Source of the DNA: Chloropicon primus
Taxonomy: Eukaryota
Direction of reading: 5' to 3'
Assembly: GCA_023205875.1 (NCBI GenBank)
Contig: CP060756.1
Location: 1,240,001 to 1,304,000, forward strand
DNA: 64,000 bases
Below the pieces are notes generated by a model, which was not told where the DNA came from, did not search any database, and saw only the letters and a list, made by a program, of their open reading frames with translations. Below, one piece after another: positions 20,078 to 28,786 of this stretch. Numbering within the stretch: position 1 is the stretch's first letter; the number at the start of each line of letters is the position of its first letter. Position numbers and translations under genes: made by a program.

Positions 20078-21790
20078 ATGGCAGCGGTGCAGTTGGCGTG
20101 GTGGGCCGGGAGGCGGAGCGGGAGGGCGTGGAGGTCGGTGTGGAGGGGGTACGAGGCATGCGGAGAGGCTTTGGGCTCGAGGTCCGCGGCCCTTGTCGCG
20201 AGGACGACGACGGTGGCGACGAAATTCTCCAGCGGGGCGTGGTGTGCCACGCCTGGTGCGGCTGCAGGGCAAGGTGTCGTTGTTCGTCAGCACCCCTGGT
20301 CGGGTCAGGCGTCGGGGGAGAGGTCGTACGGGAGCCTTTCGGGGTCTAGCGCGTCGGAGATCAAGGGATTGGACGGGGTCCCTCGAGGAGCGAGCCTCGT
20401 GGAAGCGTACGAGCTTCTGATCGGGAGAGGTCTCGTGCACAAGGATCCCGCACAGGCGAAGACTATGGACAGGTTGCACGTTCTGCACGCCGAGCTCGCG
20501 AACTACAACACAAGCTGGGACCAGTACGCGAGCGAGGAGACCCCCAGGGGACTGTACATTCAGGGCGGCGTCGGGTGCGGCAAGACGTTCTGCATGGATT
20601 TTTTCTTCCAGCACCTCCAAGTGGAAAAGAAGCTGAGAGTGCACTTCCACTCGTTCATGCTGGGAATCCACAAGAAGCTGTTCGAGCTTCAGAAGCTGTC
20701 AGGGGTCGATCCCCTCGTCATGGTAGCCAAGGAGATTGCCGGAAAAGCTTCGGTCATCTGCTTCGACGAGTTTCAAGTCACCGACGTCGCGGACGCCATG
20801 ATTTTGAAGAGGTTGCTGGAGACGCTGGTGGAACACGGCGTTGTCCTGGTGATGACCTCGAACAGGCTGCCGGGGGACCTTTACATGAACGGGCTCAACA
20901 GGGATCAGTTCCTGCCGGCGATAGACTTGATCGAGAAGACCTGCGACGTGTTCCCCTTTCCCGAGGACTCGCCGGACTACAGGCTGATGGGCAAGGAGTC
21001 AAAGACTTGGATGACTCCGATCACAGAGTCGACCATCGACGCGTTTTCGGATTGCTTCGCGAACCTTTCGAAGAAGAGGAAGATCCGTTCCGGCGTTCTC
21101 GAGGTGCAGGGCAGGAGGGTGAACGTTCCAGCATCGGCGGGGGGTATCGCGAAGTTCTCCTTCGCTTCCTTGTGCCAGGAGGCAAAAGGCGCCGCTGATT
21201 ACCTCGTGATCGCGAGCAGCTACCACACAGTGCTGATCGAGGGGGTGCCGAAGATGAACGAGAACAACCTGCCGCTGGTGAGGCGTTTCATCACCTTGGT
21301 GGACGTTCTGTACGAGAACCACGTGAAGGTACTTGCCCTGGCGCACGGCCCCGTTGAGGAAACGTACAAGCCCACGGAGACCAACCAGAGCAGGGACGAG
21401 GACTTTGCTTGGGACAGGACGATGTCAAGGCTCACGGAAATGCAGTCCAAAGAGTACTTGAAAGGTGGCTGGAGAGGAGGAGGAGACTTCCTCAGGAGGC
21501 TCGAGACTCAGGCCATGACCGAAGGGGACCTGAAGAGAGTTTGGGAGGTGTACGATACGGACAACAATGGCTACCTCGGCGTGTGTGAACTCAGGAATCT
21601 GATGGCTGATGTGAACGAGATAAAGAACGGGCGAAGGTACGTGGACGAGGAGGAAGCCCAGAATCTCTTCGACGCCGTCCATATTTGCGAGAGCGAGGGT
21701 ATCGAGTGGGAGGAATTCAAGAGTTACTTCAAGGATACTGGCGGTTTGATTCACGTGTGCGAGAGCCACTATCACTTCCGGGGGGGTTGA
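20078..21790 (+). CDS. AFG1L: AFG1/LACE1 (ZapE-like) mitochondrial ATPase with C-terminal EF-hand extension
   Basis: Walker A PRGLYIQGGVGCGKT, RVHFHSFM, Walker B CFDEFQVTDVADAMIL, TSNR and RRFITLVD.LY. C-terminal EF loop DTDNNGYLGVCE. Confidence 0.92.
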   Translation: MAAVQLAWWAGRRSGRAWRSVWRGYEACGEALGSRSAALVARTTTVATKFSSGAWCATPGAAAGQGVVVRQHPWSGQASGERSYGSLSGSSASEIKGLDGVPRGASLVEAYELLIGRGLVHKDPAQAKTMDRLHVLHAELANYNTSWDQYASEETPRGLYIQGGVGCGKTFCMDFFFQHLQVEKKLRVHFHSFMLGIHKKLFELQKLSGVDPLVMVAKEIAGKASVICFDEFQVTDVADAMILKRLLETLVEHGVVLVMTSNRLPGDLYMNGLNRDQFLPAIDLIEKTCDVFPFPEDSPDYRLMGKESKTWMTPITESTIDAFSDCFANLSKKRKIRSGVLEVQGRRVNVPASAGGIAKFSFASLCQEAKGAADYLVIASSYHTVLIEGVPKMNENNLPLVRRFITLVDVLYENHVKVLALAHGPVEETYKPTETNQSRDEDFAWDRTMSRLTEMQSKEYLKGGWRGGGDFLRRLETQAMTEGDLKRVWEVYDTDNNGYLGVCELRNLMADVNEIKNGRRYVDEEEAQNLFDAVHICESEGIEWEEFKSYFKDTGGLIHVCESHYHFRGG

Positions 21791-21793
21791 GGA

Positions 21794-21819
21794 ATATATA
21801 TATATATATATATATATAT
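21794..21819. repeat. (AT)n microsatellite between convergent AFG1 and LeuRS
   Basis: Read directly from the sequence. Confidence 0.9.
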
Positions 21820-21880
21820 TGATGGGACGCGAACTGCACTTGCCTGTGGCAGTTTCTCGTCGGCTAATGTATTAAAAGAC

Positions 21881-24800
21881 TCAATTGTTTACGCTCAACT
21901 CCTCCACTTTCTTTTCAAGTGGCGGGTCCTCGACTTTTGTGAGGTTGACGCTGGGGCTGCCAGGGTAGGCCTCCTCGCCGCTGTCAGCGTTCGAAGACGC
22001 ACTTACAATCGAGATGTTCTCAGCCTTCAGCGCACGGCAAATGTACTTCAGGTTCTCATTGAGCACAGCTTCCTCGTCAACAATTGACTTCGTGCTCAGC
22101 ACGTCCGCTCCCATGTCCTTCGCCTTGTCCCTCGTGAACTTTGCGAATGGAAGGACAAGCATTTTCAAGTCCTTCTTGGTGAGCGTCTTCGTCTCCTCGT
22201 TGGCTTCCATGGCTCCAAGAATCAAGGATTCGAAGGTGGCCGTATCCGGGAAAGTTCCCTCGCCCTCGCTAAACATCTTGGACAGAGCCTCGAGGGCCAC
22301 CTTGCGCCAGCCGCTGTACTCCGACGAGACCGTCAGCTGCACAGCCGTTACCTTCATCTTGGCCGCAACAGGGCCCTTCTTCTTCTTCTTGGGGGGAGCC
22401 TCTGCCTTCTGAATCAAGGACCTCACGTTCGAGACCACACCCTCAATGAACCTGCCGCTCTGGTAAAGGATCATGTCGGGCTCTCCCTGGTCTGGTAAGC
22501 CAGAGTTCACAACGAACCCGTCCTTCTTCAGAACCTTCGACCAAAGATGCTCACAGGTGTGTGGGCAGATCGGGGTGAGCAACTTCACCTGGACTTCGCA
22601 GAACAGCCTCAGCACATCAGCGTTCATGCCCTCCGCGCCGCACTGGTACCTGTACTCGTCACGAGCAGCTTGGAGCTCGTAGAATCCGCACTTGATGGCT
22701 TCCCTAAACAGCATGATTTCGTAGGCCTTCACTGCCTTCTTGAACCAGAGGCTAATCGCGCTCAGAAACACCTTGTCCGCAAACGTGTGGTCCCCTGTCC
22801 GGGTCGCGGGGGAAGTGTTAAGAACCTCGTCCATCCAGTCCATCTCCCTGGTCAAGCGCAGAATTGCTGCGTTGGCAGTGTCGTGGACAAAGTTGGCATC
22901 GTCGATGCCATCGCCGGCGTCTGCCAGAGCGAAGCGCATGGCATCTGCGGAATACTCGAAAATGGCTTCACTCAAAGTCTTGAAGTTTCCCGTGGACTTG
23001 GACATCTTATCGTTGTTCAGGAGAAGGTGACCGTTGCACCTCATGCCCTGGGGCCACTTCTCTTCTGGGAAGATGGCCGTGTGGTTGTAGAGGCAGAAGG
23101 TGAGATGGTTCTGGATCAGGTCTTTTCCAGAGACACGGAGGTCGAAGGGGTACCAATAGTTGAACTCCGCCTTCATCTTGTCAAGCGTTTCCTTGGAGAT
23201 GTTGGTCTCTGGCAGGTCGCCATCAACGAAGATGTAGTCCCACACCTTCGGGGTCATGTCCTCAGGAGCAACAGCGCTCTGGTCGGTTCCGTACATCTCT
23301 CCCTTCTGGAGGATGTGGGCGACTGTGTAGTAGGCCATGTAGACCGTGGAATCCGACAAGGACTCGATCAGGTACTGCTCATCCCAAGGCATTAAGGTCC
23401 CGAGGCCAAAGGAGCGAGAGCAGGCCCACTGCCTCATCCAACCCAAGGTGTGCTGGAACAGGTTCCTGTTCTCCTCCATCTCGAAGACGCTCATGTTATC
23501 CAAAGCCTTCCTGGTCTTCTCGAGCCACTTCTCCTCACCGTAGAGCAAGTACCACTGATCAGTGAGGGCGACCACGCACTCGTCACCGCTCCTACTCATG
23601 ACCTGCTTCTCCGGCTCGAAGTACACGATGGCGTCCCCGCTCTCCAAGAGCTCCTTCTTGATCAGAGGCTTGGCGTCCTGCACCTTCTGGCCCGCGTACT
23701 TTCCGACGGTCATCACGCCTTCGGTGAAGCCCTTCAAGTAAGTCATCTTCTTGGCCTCCTCAAGCTTCACTTTGTCGTTCTGACTCTGGATCTTGAGCAT
23801 AGCGCAAACCTTCTCGGCGGCGGCATCCCCGAACTCCGGGATGGTCAGGACGGGGACCACCTCGTAGGGCAAGACGTGCTCATCCTTGATGTTGAACTTC
23901 TCGCGAAGCTTGGCCTTCTTCTTCAAGTCAGAGAGCCCCATGTAGTCATCCGGGGAGTCACTTGGCACACTGGTGACCACGCCCGTACCCTTGGAGAGGG
24001 AAACAGTGAGAAGAGGCAAGACGTAGATCCTGTCGTACCTCTCGCCAAGAGGCGACTTGAGAGGCACGCCCATCAGGTCGTGGCCCTTCACATTGAGAAC
24101 GCACTTTGGCTTCCCGAACTCCGGGGTCTGGTCCTGGTAAGACAAGTTCCTGGCGGCGTGCTTGCTTATGATGTAAATCTCCCCGTTCAGGCCCTCGTAC
24201 ACTCCGTAGTCCCCGTCGGGAAGGACCCAGGCGTTGGTCTGGCCGTACATGGTCTCAGGCCTAAGCGTCGCCGCCAGCATGAACACCTTCCCCTCCTGCG
24301 GGGCGAGGGCCTCCAGCTTTCCTGGGAACTCGAGAACCTTCATCTTGATCAGCGTGTACTCCTGGGGTCCCACTCCCTCTCCGGTCGCCCTGTCGTGATC
24401 GGCGCAGGGCTGGCCATCGAGCGGAGAGTACACCGCGTGCCTCTTGTCCTTGATCACCTTCCCGAGCTCCTTCAGCTTCCAGAACTGCCACCTCACGAAA
24501 GAGTCGTAGTATGGGTTGACGTCCGTGGTGATGAAGCTCCTCCTCCAGTCCACGCCGCAGCCCATGGCCTCGATGTCCCTCTTCGCCAGAGGAGGAAAGT
24601 AGTTTAGCCAGTGCAGGGACTCCTGGAACTGAGGAATCTCGTCCGTTGGGATGCCGGACTTCTCCAAGATCTCGTACTGGGTCGCTCCCCTTCCCTGCTT
24701 CGCCGCGGCCTTGGATTTCTTCCCCTTCTTCTTCCCGGGCTCAAGCTTCACCTCCTCCACCTTCACCTCCTCCTTCTTCTCCTCCTCCTCCGGGTACACC

Positions 24801-25162
24801 GGCGGGCACCCGTAGAGCGAAATCTCGCGCTTCAGCTTGTCCGCGCAAGCCTTGATGGGCATGCCGGTGCAGTGGAAGCCCTGAGGGAACAAGACGTTCT
24901 CGCCCTTGAGGCGGTGGTAGGCCGCCGCGAACTCCAACTTGGACAGGGAGAACGCGTGCCCCAAGTGAAGCAGGCCGTTCATGTAAGGGTACGGGAAGTT
25001 TCCGAAGAACTTCGGCTTGGCCTCCTCCCCCTCCGCAGGTGCGTTGCACTCGAACGTTTTCCCGTCCTTCCACTTTCCTTGGGCCTCCTCCTGAATCTTC
25101 AGAAGCAAGTCACGCCTCTGCGTGTTCCCCCCTCCTCCTCCTCCTTCCTTCTTTCCTCCCAT
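21881..25162 (-). CDS. LARS1: Cytosolic leucyl-tRNA synthetase
   Basis: FPYPYMNGLLHLGH (HIGH motif), ATLRPETMYGQTN, GTGVVTSVPSDSPDD (editing domain) and KMSKS. Start set at ATG 25162 because the upstream extension is low complexity. Confidence 0.97.
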   Translation of the reverse strand: MGGKKEGGGGGGNTQRRDLLLKIQEEAQGKWKDGKTFECNAPAEGEEAKPKFFGNFPYPYMNGLLHLGHAFSLSKLEFAAAYHRLKGENVLFPQGFHCTGMPIKACADKLKREISLYGCPPVYPEEEEKKEEVKVEEVKLEPGKKKGKKSKAAAKQGRGATQYEILEKSGIPTDEIPQFQESLHWLNYFPPLAKRDIEAMGCGVDWRRSFITTDVNPYYDSFVRWQFWKLKELGKVIKDKRHAVYSPLDGQPCADHDRATGEGVGPQEYTLIKMKVLEFPGKLEALAPQEGKVFMLAATLRPETMYGQTNAWVLPDGDYGVYEGLNGEIYIISKHAARNLSYQDQTPEFGKPKCVLNVKGHDLMGVPLKSPLGERYDRIYVLPLLTVSLSKGTGVVTSVPSDSPDDYMGLSDLKKKAKLREKFNIKDEHVLPYEVVPVLTIPEFGDAAAEKVCAMLKIQSQNDKVKLEEAKKMTYLKGFTEGVMTVGKYAGQKVQDAKPLIKKELLESGDAIVYFEPEKQVMSRSGDECVVALTDQWYLLYGEEKWLEKTRKALDNMSVFEMEENRNLFQHTLGWMRQWACSRSFGLGTLMPWDEQYLIESLSDSTVYMAYYTVAHILQKGEMYGTDQSAVAPEDMTPKVWDYIFVDGDLPETNISKETLDKMKAEFNYWYPFDLRVSGKDLIQNHLTFCLYNHTAIFPEEKWPQGMRCNGHLLLNNDKMSKSTGNFKTLSEAIFEYSADAMRFALADAGDGIDDANFVHDTANAAILRLTREMDWMDEVLNTSPATRTGDHTFADKVFLSAISLWFKKAVKAYEIMLFREAIKCGFYELQAARDEYRYQCGAEGMNADVLRLFCEVQVKLLTPICPHTCEHLWSKVLKKDGFVVNSGLPDQGEPDMILYQSGRFIEGVVSNVRSLIQKAEAPPKKKKKGPVAAKMKVTAVQLTVSSEYSGWRKVALEALSKMFSEGEGTFPDTATFESLILGAMEANEETKTLTKKDLKMLVLPFAKFTRDKAKDMGADVLSTKSIVDEEAVLNENLKYICRALKAENISIVSASSNADSGEEAYPGSPSVNLTKVEDPPLEKKVEELSVNN

Positions 25163-25514
25163 CTCTCCGTCGTCGTTGTCGTCGTCGTCGTCGTGGTGCA
25201 CACACACACTCTCTCTCTCACACACACACCGTCGTCCCCGCCCGGCTCTCTCTCCTGCTCCCCTTTGTCTTTTCGTGACGGCTGGCTCTCCCCTGGTTCC
25301 CCTGCGATGGTCGTCGCCGAGAGGGAGAGGAGGACGGGAGGAGGAGAGGGAGGAGGAGTAACGACGGCATGATGTCTTCGATTGGATCCCTGTGGATGTA
25401 AGACCCACGCACGCGTCGTCGTCGTTGTTTCTCTCTTTTTTGGGGGAGGGGATTGAGTTGAGTTGAGAAAGAAAGTCTGTGAGACCGGCAAACGAGAGAG
25501 AGAGAGAGGAGAGT

Positions 25515-26516
25515 ATGAGCAGTGGGGAAGAGGAAGAGGAGGTGGGAGGGATGCTGCTCGGGTTCTCGGAGGAGGTGGAGGATGAGAGGTACCTGCGGAG
25601 GCACTTCTTTCCGAGCAAGATTGGGGGGCAACCGGCGTGGCTCGACCCGGTCAGGCTTCCGAGCGAAGAGGCGGGGCACACGAAATGCAAAGGGTGCGGG
25701 GGGCGGTTGAGCTTCCTGCTTCAGGTGTACGCGCCGATCAATGGGATCGACGACGCGTTTCACAGGACCCTCTTCGTGTTCACCTGCACCCAGGAGGAGT
25801 GCCTGCGGAAGAACTTGGGCGTGACGGTTCTGCGGTGCCAGCTGGGGAGGGAGAACCCTTACTACGGGTACCACCCCGCGGAGGACGACCAGGAGTTCCC
25901 CGCCCTCGCCCCGGGCCAGGAGAAGGAGCCGCCCGAGACGGACTTCCGGGGGCCGTGGACGGAGAGCGAGCTCGTGACGGACCCGGAGCCTGAGGCGGGC
26001 GAGGCCGCGGGAGGGGACGACGCGTCCGAGCTCGAGAGGTTGACGGAGAGGTACGGGGACATGGTCGTGGACCGGCCCGGGGAGGGCGGGGGCGGCGACG
26101 AGGCGGGGGAGGACATCGACCTGAACGAGATGGACGAGAGCGAGATCGACGAGGTGTGGGCCAAGTTCCAGAAGAGGCTCTCGAGGGCACCGACCCAGTG
26201 CATCAGATACTGCAGCGAGGGCGTCAGCGGCGGCGAAGCGGCGGACTCGGCGGACGCCAAGCCCCTCTGGCCCTCGTCCTCCAACACCCCCTCCGGCGTC
26301 CCCCCCTGCGGGCTGTGCGGCAAGCCGAGGCAGTTCGAGTTCCAGATCCTCCCCCAGGTCCTCTACTACGCCGGCGTCGATGCCGGGGTACCGGACGACC
26401 TGGACTTCACCACCATCGCCGTGTACACGTGCTCCTGCACCGTCCCGAGCGAGGTGTCGGGGGAGACGGGGAGCTCGTACACGGAGGAGTTCGCGTGGAC
26501 GCAGTGCGGCACCTGA
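25515..26516 (+). CDS. PDCD2: PDCD2/Tsr4 family protein (uS5 chaperone)
   Basis: SKIGGQPAWL, C..C....FLLQVYAP, FHRTLFVFTC and the PDCD2_C motif P.QCIRY...C..C...RQFEFQILPQ...DF.TIAVYTC...Y.EEF. Confidence 0.9.
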   Translation: MSSGEEEEEVGGMLLGFSEEVEDERYLRRHFFPSKIGGQPAWLDPVRLPSEEAGHTKCKGCGGRLSFLLQVYAPINGIDDAFHRTLFVFTCTQEECLRKNLGVTVLRCQLGRENPYYGYHPAEDDQEFPALAPGQEKEPPETDFRGPWTESELVTDPEPEAGEAAGGDDASELERLTERYGDMVVDRPGEGGGGDEAGEDIDLNEMDESEIDEVWAKFQKRLSRAPTQCIRYCSEGVSGGEAADSADAKPLWPSSSNTPSGVPPCGLCGKPRQFEFQILPQVLYYAGVDAGVPDDLDFTTIAVYTCSCTVPSEVSGETGSSYTEEFAWTQCGT

Positions 26517-26609
26517 GCTAAAGTATTCAATTATTTTGTAACAAATGTATACGTGTTTTTTTTTGTGTGTTTTTCGGGGTGATTGGTTTTCAAGAGCAGT
26601 CGCCGTCCT

Positions 26610-27584
26610 TTAGTGGCCCATGTTCTGGAACAGGGTTTGGTGGCCTGGGTCGGCGATGTGGTCCAGCCAGCACTGGATCGGGCCCTTTCCTGTCACGAAG
26701 GTCTGGGCGGCGAAGCCGACGAGGGAAACCATGGCGAGTCTTCCGTTCTTGATCTCCTTCTCCCTAAACTCCTTCATCAGCTCTGGGTTCTTGTCGAACT
26801 TGAACTGGTACCTCAGCGGGTCGAAGAAGTCGCCGCCAGGGTAGCCGAGGTCGTTACCCTCGTCCGCCCAGCTGAGGCTGGTGTAGATGGAGCCCTTGTT
26901 CTGCGAGCCGGGCTGCCTGATGTCCTCCCACCTCCTGCTCTCGGCCCAACCCATCATGAAGAGCTGCACGCCCAGGAGTCCCTGCCAGGGGATCGCGTAG
27001 CTCTGGGCGCCCGCCTCCGTCCACAGCACCTTGCTGCCGAGGAGCTCCGGGACGAGGATACCCGCGGCACCAACCATGGCCCACCTCGCGTGCTGCAGCT
27101 CGGCCTGCTGGAACCACACCAGGAGGTCCGGGTCGCTTCCCAGGTTGAGCGGGTCGAAGCCGAAGTCGCCGGGGAGCTCCCCGGTGAGGTGGGCGGGGGC
27201 ATCCCCGCCGGGGTACCACAGGGGCCTATCCCTCCCCTTGTTCATGCGCTTGATCTCGCTCCACTTCCAGCCCCTCCACTCCGCCGGGGGGCCGTCGTCC
27301 ACGTACGGGGCGGGGACCGCCTTCTCCTCCACCACCGCGACCGCGGCGGTCTCCGCGGCCTCCTCCGCTCCTCCTCCCGCGTTCGCCTCCAGCCACTTGT
27401 CGGCCGCATCCCATCGTCCCTCCACCTCCGTCTTGGGCCCCTCCCCCCCGTCCGCCCTCACCACCACCGTCGTCCCAGGCCTCCTCGCCGTCGTCGTCCT
27501 CAGCAACTCCAGCCCCGCCACCTTCCTCGTCCTCGCCGCTGCCGGCGTCGCGCTTCTCATCCTCATCACTACCGGGCCACGCAT
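26610..27584 (-). CDS. Light-harvesting chlorophyll a/b-binding protein, LHCI (Lhca-type)
   Basis: [45 protein letters not shown] and [10 protein letters not shown], after a transit peptide. Start is 27584 or 27566. Confidence 0.93.
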   Translation of the reverse strand: MRGPVVMRMRSATPAAARTRKVAGLELLRTTTARRPGTTVVVRADGGEGPKTEVEGRWDAADKWLEANAGGGAEEAAETAAVAVVEEKAVPAPYVDDGPPAEWRGWKWSEIKRMNKGRDRPLWYPGGDAPAHLTGELPGDFGFDPLNLGSDPDLLVWFQQAELQHARWAMVGAAGILVPELLGSKVLWTEAGAQSYAIPWQGLLGVQLFMMGWAESRRWEDIRQPGSQNKGSIYTSLSWADEGNDLGYPGGDFFDPLRYQFKFDKNPELMKEFREKEIKNGRLAMVSLVGFAAQTFVTGKGPIQCWLDHIADPGHQTLFQNMGH

Positions 27585-27694
27585 CACACTGTCGCGTCGT
27601 TCCAAGCCACAGGGTGCAGGTTTCGCGTTCGGTCTCTCCCCCCCCCTTTCGCTCTCTCACCCTCTCTCTCTTCACTGGCCCTGGCTCCTCTTGA

Positions 27695-27808
27695 GATAAG
27701 ATTTAGGAGCCAATCAGCAAAAGAGATCGAGAGATCGAGATCGAGATCGAGCAAGAGAGATCGCGGAGAGCGCGCAGCCCGGAGTCTGTTTGCTTTTGCT
27801 TTTGCTTT

Positions 27809-27858
<50 letters not shown>
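27695..27858. promoter_or_regulatory. Putative bidirectional promoter of the LHC and psaG genes
   Basis: GATAAG (I-box-like) at 27695, CCAAT at 27710, GAGATC repeats at 27723-27750 and (GA)24 at 27811-27858. Confidence 0.5.
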
Positions 27859-27862
<4 letters not shown>

Positions 27863-27878
27863 GTTGTTGCTGCTGGAG

Positions 27879-28519
27879 ATGAAGGGGTTGAGCGTGAGGC
27901 CTGGGGTGGGGGGGGGAAGGAGGGGAGGAGTCGTGGCGAGGGTTTCGACGGCGGGGACCTCGAGCAGGAGGGTGACGAAGATGGGGGACACCCAAGTCAT
28001 TATGTCTGTGGCGAACGGGGCGCTCCTCGCCCTCGGGCGCTGGGGGTTCCTGCCCTACCAGCGCCGCCAGGTGGAGAAGGCGGGGCTCCCCACGCAGGCG
28101 GACACCGTGGACCCCTCGAACCCGCAGACGCACTTCGAGGCTGGGGACGACCGCGCGCAGGAGGCCGAGGTCTTCTTCACCAAGGACCCCGCGGGTTTCA
28201 CCATCATCGACGTCCTGGCCTGGGGCTCCTTGGGGCACGTCATCGGCTTCGCTTGCCTGGCCGCCAAGGTAAGACGAAGGTCGCATCGCACCTCTCCGTT
28301 CTCTCTGCAGACGACGATTTGATTTTTGTTTGGTTTCCCCATTCCTTCTCAACAACGCAAACGGAGAGACTGACGCGCCAACTCCTTCCCTGAACTCTCT
28401 CTCTCTCTCTATTTCTCTCTCTGTGCGTGCGTGCGTGCGTGCGTGCGAACTCTCCGCGGGGAACAACAACAACGCAGAACGCGAACGACTTGGGCGTCAC
28501 CGTGTCTCCCCACTGGTAA
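27879..28519 (+). CDS. PSAG: Photosystem I subunit G (PSI-V)
   Basis: [34 protein letters not shown] and [18 protein letters not shown]. Exon 1 is 27879-28268, intron 28269-28477, exon 2 28478-28519 ([13 protein letters not shown]). An alternative AG at 28310 would give TTI*. Confidence 0.9.
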
Positions 28520-28786
28520 AAATGCACCTTGTGTGAGGTTATTCTCCTTTAATGCACAACAAGTACAACAAGAGCAAGAGCAAGAGCAACAACAGCGTCC
28601 CCCTTCCCCCACTGGTCTTCGTCCGAAGCACCAAGTGCCCATCTTACCCTCTCCCTTCCTCGCAAGCAATCCATCCGCCTCGCTCGCGCGTCCCTTGGCA
28701 AAAAAGCGGAGCGGTCCGCACTCAGAAAGGAGAGAGAGGGGGGGGGCATCAATCGATTCGGCCGAGGCCCCTTGCCCGCAAGGAGG

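Noticed and set aside
25163..25690. 176-aa N-terminal extension of LeuRS in the ORF track
   Set aside because: Non-ATG start, low-complexity microsatellite sequence, and overlap with PDCD2. Conservation begins after ATG 25162.
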